DNA of 63,991 nt, counting the filler, from Rhabdomonas costata (lineage: Eukaryota), in assembly GCA_019059605.1 (NCBI GenBank). It is 13 parts of 13 records of this genome, joined end to end, with 100 filler letters (N's around TTAATTAATTAA, not from the genome) between each part and the next. Parts side by side here need not be neighbours in the genome. Positions count along the whole stretch, not along the records: positions 59,778 to 63,991 come from JAHMHO010000307.1; 12 more parts are not named here. The stretch is one strand, 5' to 3'. The translations under genes and the position numbers were made by a program. This document shows, one piece after another, positions 60,491 through 63,991 of the stretch (position 1 is the stretch's first letter; the number at the start of each line of letters is the position of its first letter). A model generated the notes under the pieces. That model ran no database searches. It saw only the letters and a program-made list of their open reading frames with translations, and was not told the DNA's origin.

Positions 60491-62082
60491 TCCGCTGGTT
60501 CGTTGTTTGCCCCTTGTGTCTCGCACTTCCTGGTCGGTGAGAATACAATAGCGGTCACGGAGCCATTTGGGCAGAGAGCATGAGACAGAACGGTTCCTGA
60601 AGACCAAGCCGCCCGCCCCCTATGGCTCCGCAGACGGGTCGGATCGGTCAGCGGGCAACCAAGTATACCAGAAAGTGCTAATGGTCGCGGTGTGGGGTTG
60701 GGGTGTATCCAAATACCCGAAAAACCAAAGACGCCGCACAAAAACCAACAACAAAGAAAATGCACAAACGTAACGAGAAACGTTTGCCCCAGGCAGGGTG
60801 TTCTGGTTGAAACAAAACCAAAGCCTGCAGGAAAGGAGATGGAGGGGAAAGAAAGGAATTCTTTTGCTTGTTTTTTCAACAGAGGTTGACAGGCCGAAGC
60901 AGGCCCGGGGTCCTTTGTATGTACAGAGGACCTCCGAAAACGCTGCGTAGGCCGGTGCTTTTGATGGTGGGGTGAGCCCCTTAGATAGGACATTTTAGAA
61001 GCCCCACTAAAGGACCCGTTTGTTTAGCTGAAACACAAACATACGTTGGTTATACTTATAGATAGACTGCGGGATTATTCAATATTTTTAACGGGTCCCG
61101 TCGTCCTTTGCATCATGCCGGATTGCTGTCTTTGTAAGGCTCCTGGACAGAAAAGCACAAAACATGAAATGCTTCAGAGATTTGATGCACAAGGAACATT
61201 GCCAAGCTTGTCAAGCTCCAGACGAACTCTTAAAGGATTTCTTTAGGGACAGCTCCAGTCATGCTGCAAACTCCTCTTTCAACTAATCTGAAAGGCATGT
61301 TTTTAAGGTAATTTATAAATACAAAACACCCTGCAATCCTGTGAGTCCCCTGTAAAAGTGTACGGGAGCACAACACTTCAGCGTAGGAAAGGTATGAAAT
61401 CGTTTGAGTAGGCAAGATTACTCCCCAGAAACAGGCAATTATCGTGACTTAAGAACTAGTTTATTGATAGATTTGAGCCAATTTGTAATCTGCACTGCTC
61501 AAGAAGGAACACCCTTCTGGTTTTTATTGGAACTGAAGCGGAACGGAAAAAACACTGCTGTCTTCTCGCAGCTTCGTTCTTTTTGTGTCGGAAAATGATT
61601 CAAAATTCGGGAAAGAGCAGTTTTCGTCCTGGTCAACTTTTTTTACAACTATTTATCTCAAAAAACTATAAAATTTCGGTGCGAAGTGTATTCTTGTCGG
61701 TGTTTTCTTTGTCGGAAATCCACCAATGACATTTGCAACACTCCACCCACCCTGTTTCCCGCCTCGACCACCTGCCCACGCCCTCCATCGCAGGGATTCT
61801 GCCCACCCTGAAGCTGACAACAGCTCAGCTTCTAGCAACCCCCGGATTCCCTCTCCTGAATCCCCAGTGATCAGTTCATCCAACCCTACGTTGCCCATCT
61901 TCCACCGCGAGATCTTCCCTCCTCACACCATTCATCAGTCAGGTATTGCAAGCACAGCTAAGCTGCCTTTTTGTTAAAAAAAAACTTATAACTACCTCAA
62001 CACAAACGTAACAAAGAGTAGTCCAAAATCAAAATGATCACCCTGCACACGCATTCAGCATTTGAAAAATGCAAGCACACAC

Positions 62083-63358
62083 CCGACAAGGGCAGCCCCA
62101 GAGCCTACACCGACGAAGAGGTCCACTCCAAACCCCAAGGTGAGGGCCCTGAGGGCCAGGGCTGTCCGGCAGGCCTCCTCCGCGTGGGCTGCCACCGGAG
62201 AGGCGGCGTTCCACGTTGCAATGATGCGATCCCTATGGTGGGAATAGTCGGGAGGAAAGGAGGCAGATGAGAAAATGAAGGGGCAACGCCAAAAAAAATC
62301 TGGAATGCATAAGACCCAAGCGACGTTAGCTTCTGCACTTGTGTGGCCTGCTGGGGAAGGAATGAAAATACAGACAGTCGGTGTTGGTAGTGAGATGCGC
62401 GAATTTTTACAGCGACTTCTCACCTCTTAACTCAGGAGCGAACGAAAAAGATAGGTCCGGGGTTTGTACACGCTCCTTCCAAAGAAAATTGGCACAGGTG
62501 TGTGAAAACCTGGTCCTTGGGTTCGGAATCCTACACGCCTAAATGTTGACTTGCCTGTGGCAAAGTGCTTCTTTGGTCTTCATCGGAACGTTTTCGACTT
62601 GAAAGGACGCCACCATTCTGTTCTAGCAACGGGCACCCCGAAGTGGGGAGGCAGGGGGCAATGAGCAGCATCGAAGCGCAAGTGTGCACCCGCTGACGAC
62701 GTTGAGAACCCCCTTGTTGGCCTCCACAGTGTGCTCCACGGAAGTCACGTACGAAAGCAGCAGCTGAAGCGGGAACGAGAAAAAAATAAAGCACAGCAAA
62801 CTGAAAACGGCCTTAAGCAATAACCTTGAAAGCCCGTTAGAGGTGCACTAACGAGGTCTATCTCAGGCAACAGTGATGTCAGTCTGCAGTACTCTTGGGC
62901 ACCATTATTTGATACACTAATGACATAAATTTTGAGAGCTTGAGCACTGTCATGATCCTAAAAAGGATTAAAATGTGATGGAAGAGCAGGAAAAATTATG
63001 TGGAGGGTGGACAGCACTGCCAAGGACACGCCCACTACCGGTACGTGCAAGCGCATGCAAGCAGACAGAGTTTTAAGAAGGGTGGGCCGGAGTGTGGTGA
63101 TACAGAGAGCACGGCATTGGGTTCTTCCGCCGCGCAGAAGTCATGGAAGCCCGCGATGTTCACGGCCAGCACCGAGACCGCCCTGCGGTGCAGGCGGCGC
63201 TCCAGAAGCACCATCGTGGCGAAGACCGAGGCGGTGGCTTGTGGCGCCAGCGGGGAGACCGCTGAGGGGTTGCTGGAATGGCCATCTCCAGTTACCGCAG
63301 CCACACCGGAAAGCTCTGAGAGAGGAACACCCGACGATTGGCACCGCCCCCCACGCAA
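62083..63358 (-). CDS. Class III nucleotide cyclase-like protein with a degenerate active site (partial). Exons ~63358-63104, 62763-62690, 62232-62083
   Basis: RAVSVLAVNIAGFH..LLSY..VEANKGVLNVVSGDRIIATWNAA..HAEEACRTAL..GVGSGAALVG. GT-AG, in phase; the 5' boundary of the first exon is approximate. Confidence 0.75.
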
Positions 63359-63991
63359 TCATTTTGTAGCATGTCGGCACGAACCTTCTGGATGCGGATG
63401 CACTTTTTGGATCTTTTTGGACCCACCAGGGGCTGCTTAGCACACCTAAGGTGAGGTAGACCCCACCAACATTTTAAAAAATGCAGCAACGTTTGTAAAT
63501 ATGTTTGAGCATGCCCCCCTCCCGCCTCAATGCCTCAATGTAAATTTGTGGCAGCAGCGCATGCTGGACATCCCACCCCTGTCACAATATTCTAGTTTTT
63601 TTTGGGGGGGGGGGTCATACTTTTATTGGCAACCGTTGCATGAGGAAAAATAGTTCAGTGCGGGTATGAAACAATTTATTTCTAGCCAAATTCGGGAAAA
63701 TTTCCCGGGAATTTGGGAATTTGAGGGCGTATTGTCCGCTGGGTGGGATGGCCTTCGCAGATACTGCGGGGAGGATGGATTTTACTGGCAAACAGTGTAC
63801 CTCCCTTTGGTGACTGATCTATGGCCTCTTTCCCCAACGAACACAAAACGGTCACAGAGCGGTTGCATCTCATTTTCCCAGCACAAGGATATGGAGTTGA
63901 GGGAGGTCCTCCCTTTTAACAATGCATAAGTTTGTGGTTATACTCCAGCTATCCACTCCACCCTATACTCCGGCTATCCCCCCCACACCCC

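Noticed and set aside
61800-61898. GNVG segment as the next pseudo-cyclase exon through a non-AG acceptor
   Set aside because: The downstream residues do not fit the cyclase consensus and there is no in-phase AG; probably coincidence.

Overview
This window is not contiguous DNA. It is 13 unrelated ~4.2-5.1 kb eukaryotic contigs joined by 100-nt spacers (44 N + TTAATTAATTAA + 44 N), so neighbourhood across spacers carries no meaning. Most contig ends have G/T-only 5' and C/A-only 3' tails, suggesting whole-genome amplification. The genome is intron-rich (mostly GT-AG) and has TTAGGG repeats. Gene content suggests a free-living euglenozoan, probably a euglenid; this is inference only. Partial genes reconstructed by hand from splice sites and motifs: two ~1,600-aa intronless fragments of a giant extracellular Cys-paired beta-repeat protein with a five-domain super-repeat; a receptor joining a 5'-nucleotidase-like ectodomain, one TM helix and an adenylate cyclase; a degenerate class III cyclase; two head-to-tail hybrid histidine kinases; two tandem NCS/recoverin-like EF-hand genes; purH/ATIC; a plant-type class II PRPP synthetase; a GT23 fucosyltransferase-like gene; an ankyrin gene whose first intron has no GT donor; and exons of LYAR, aminopeptidase P and a P-type Ca-ATPase. 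There is also a CRE-like non-LTR retrotransposon remnant, two dispersed repeat families and two terminal hairpins. All assignments come from motif recognition by eye; no searches were run.
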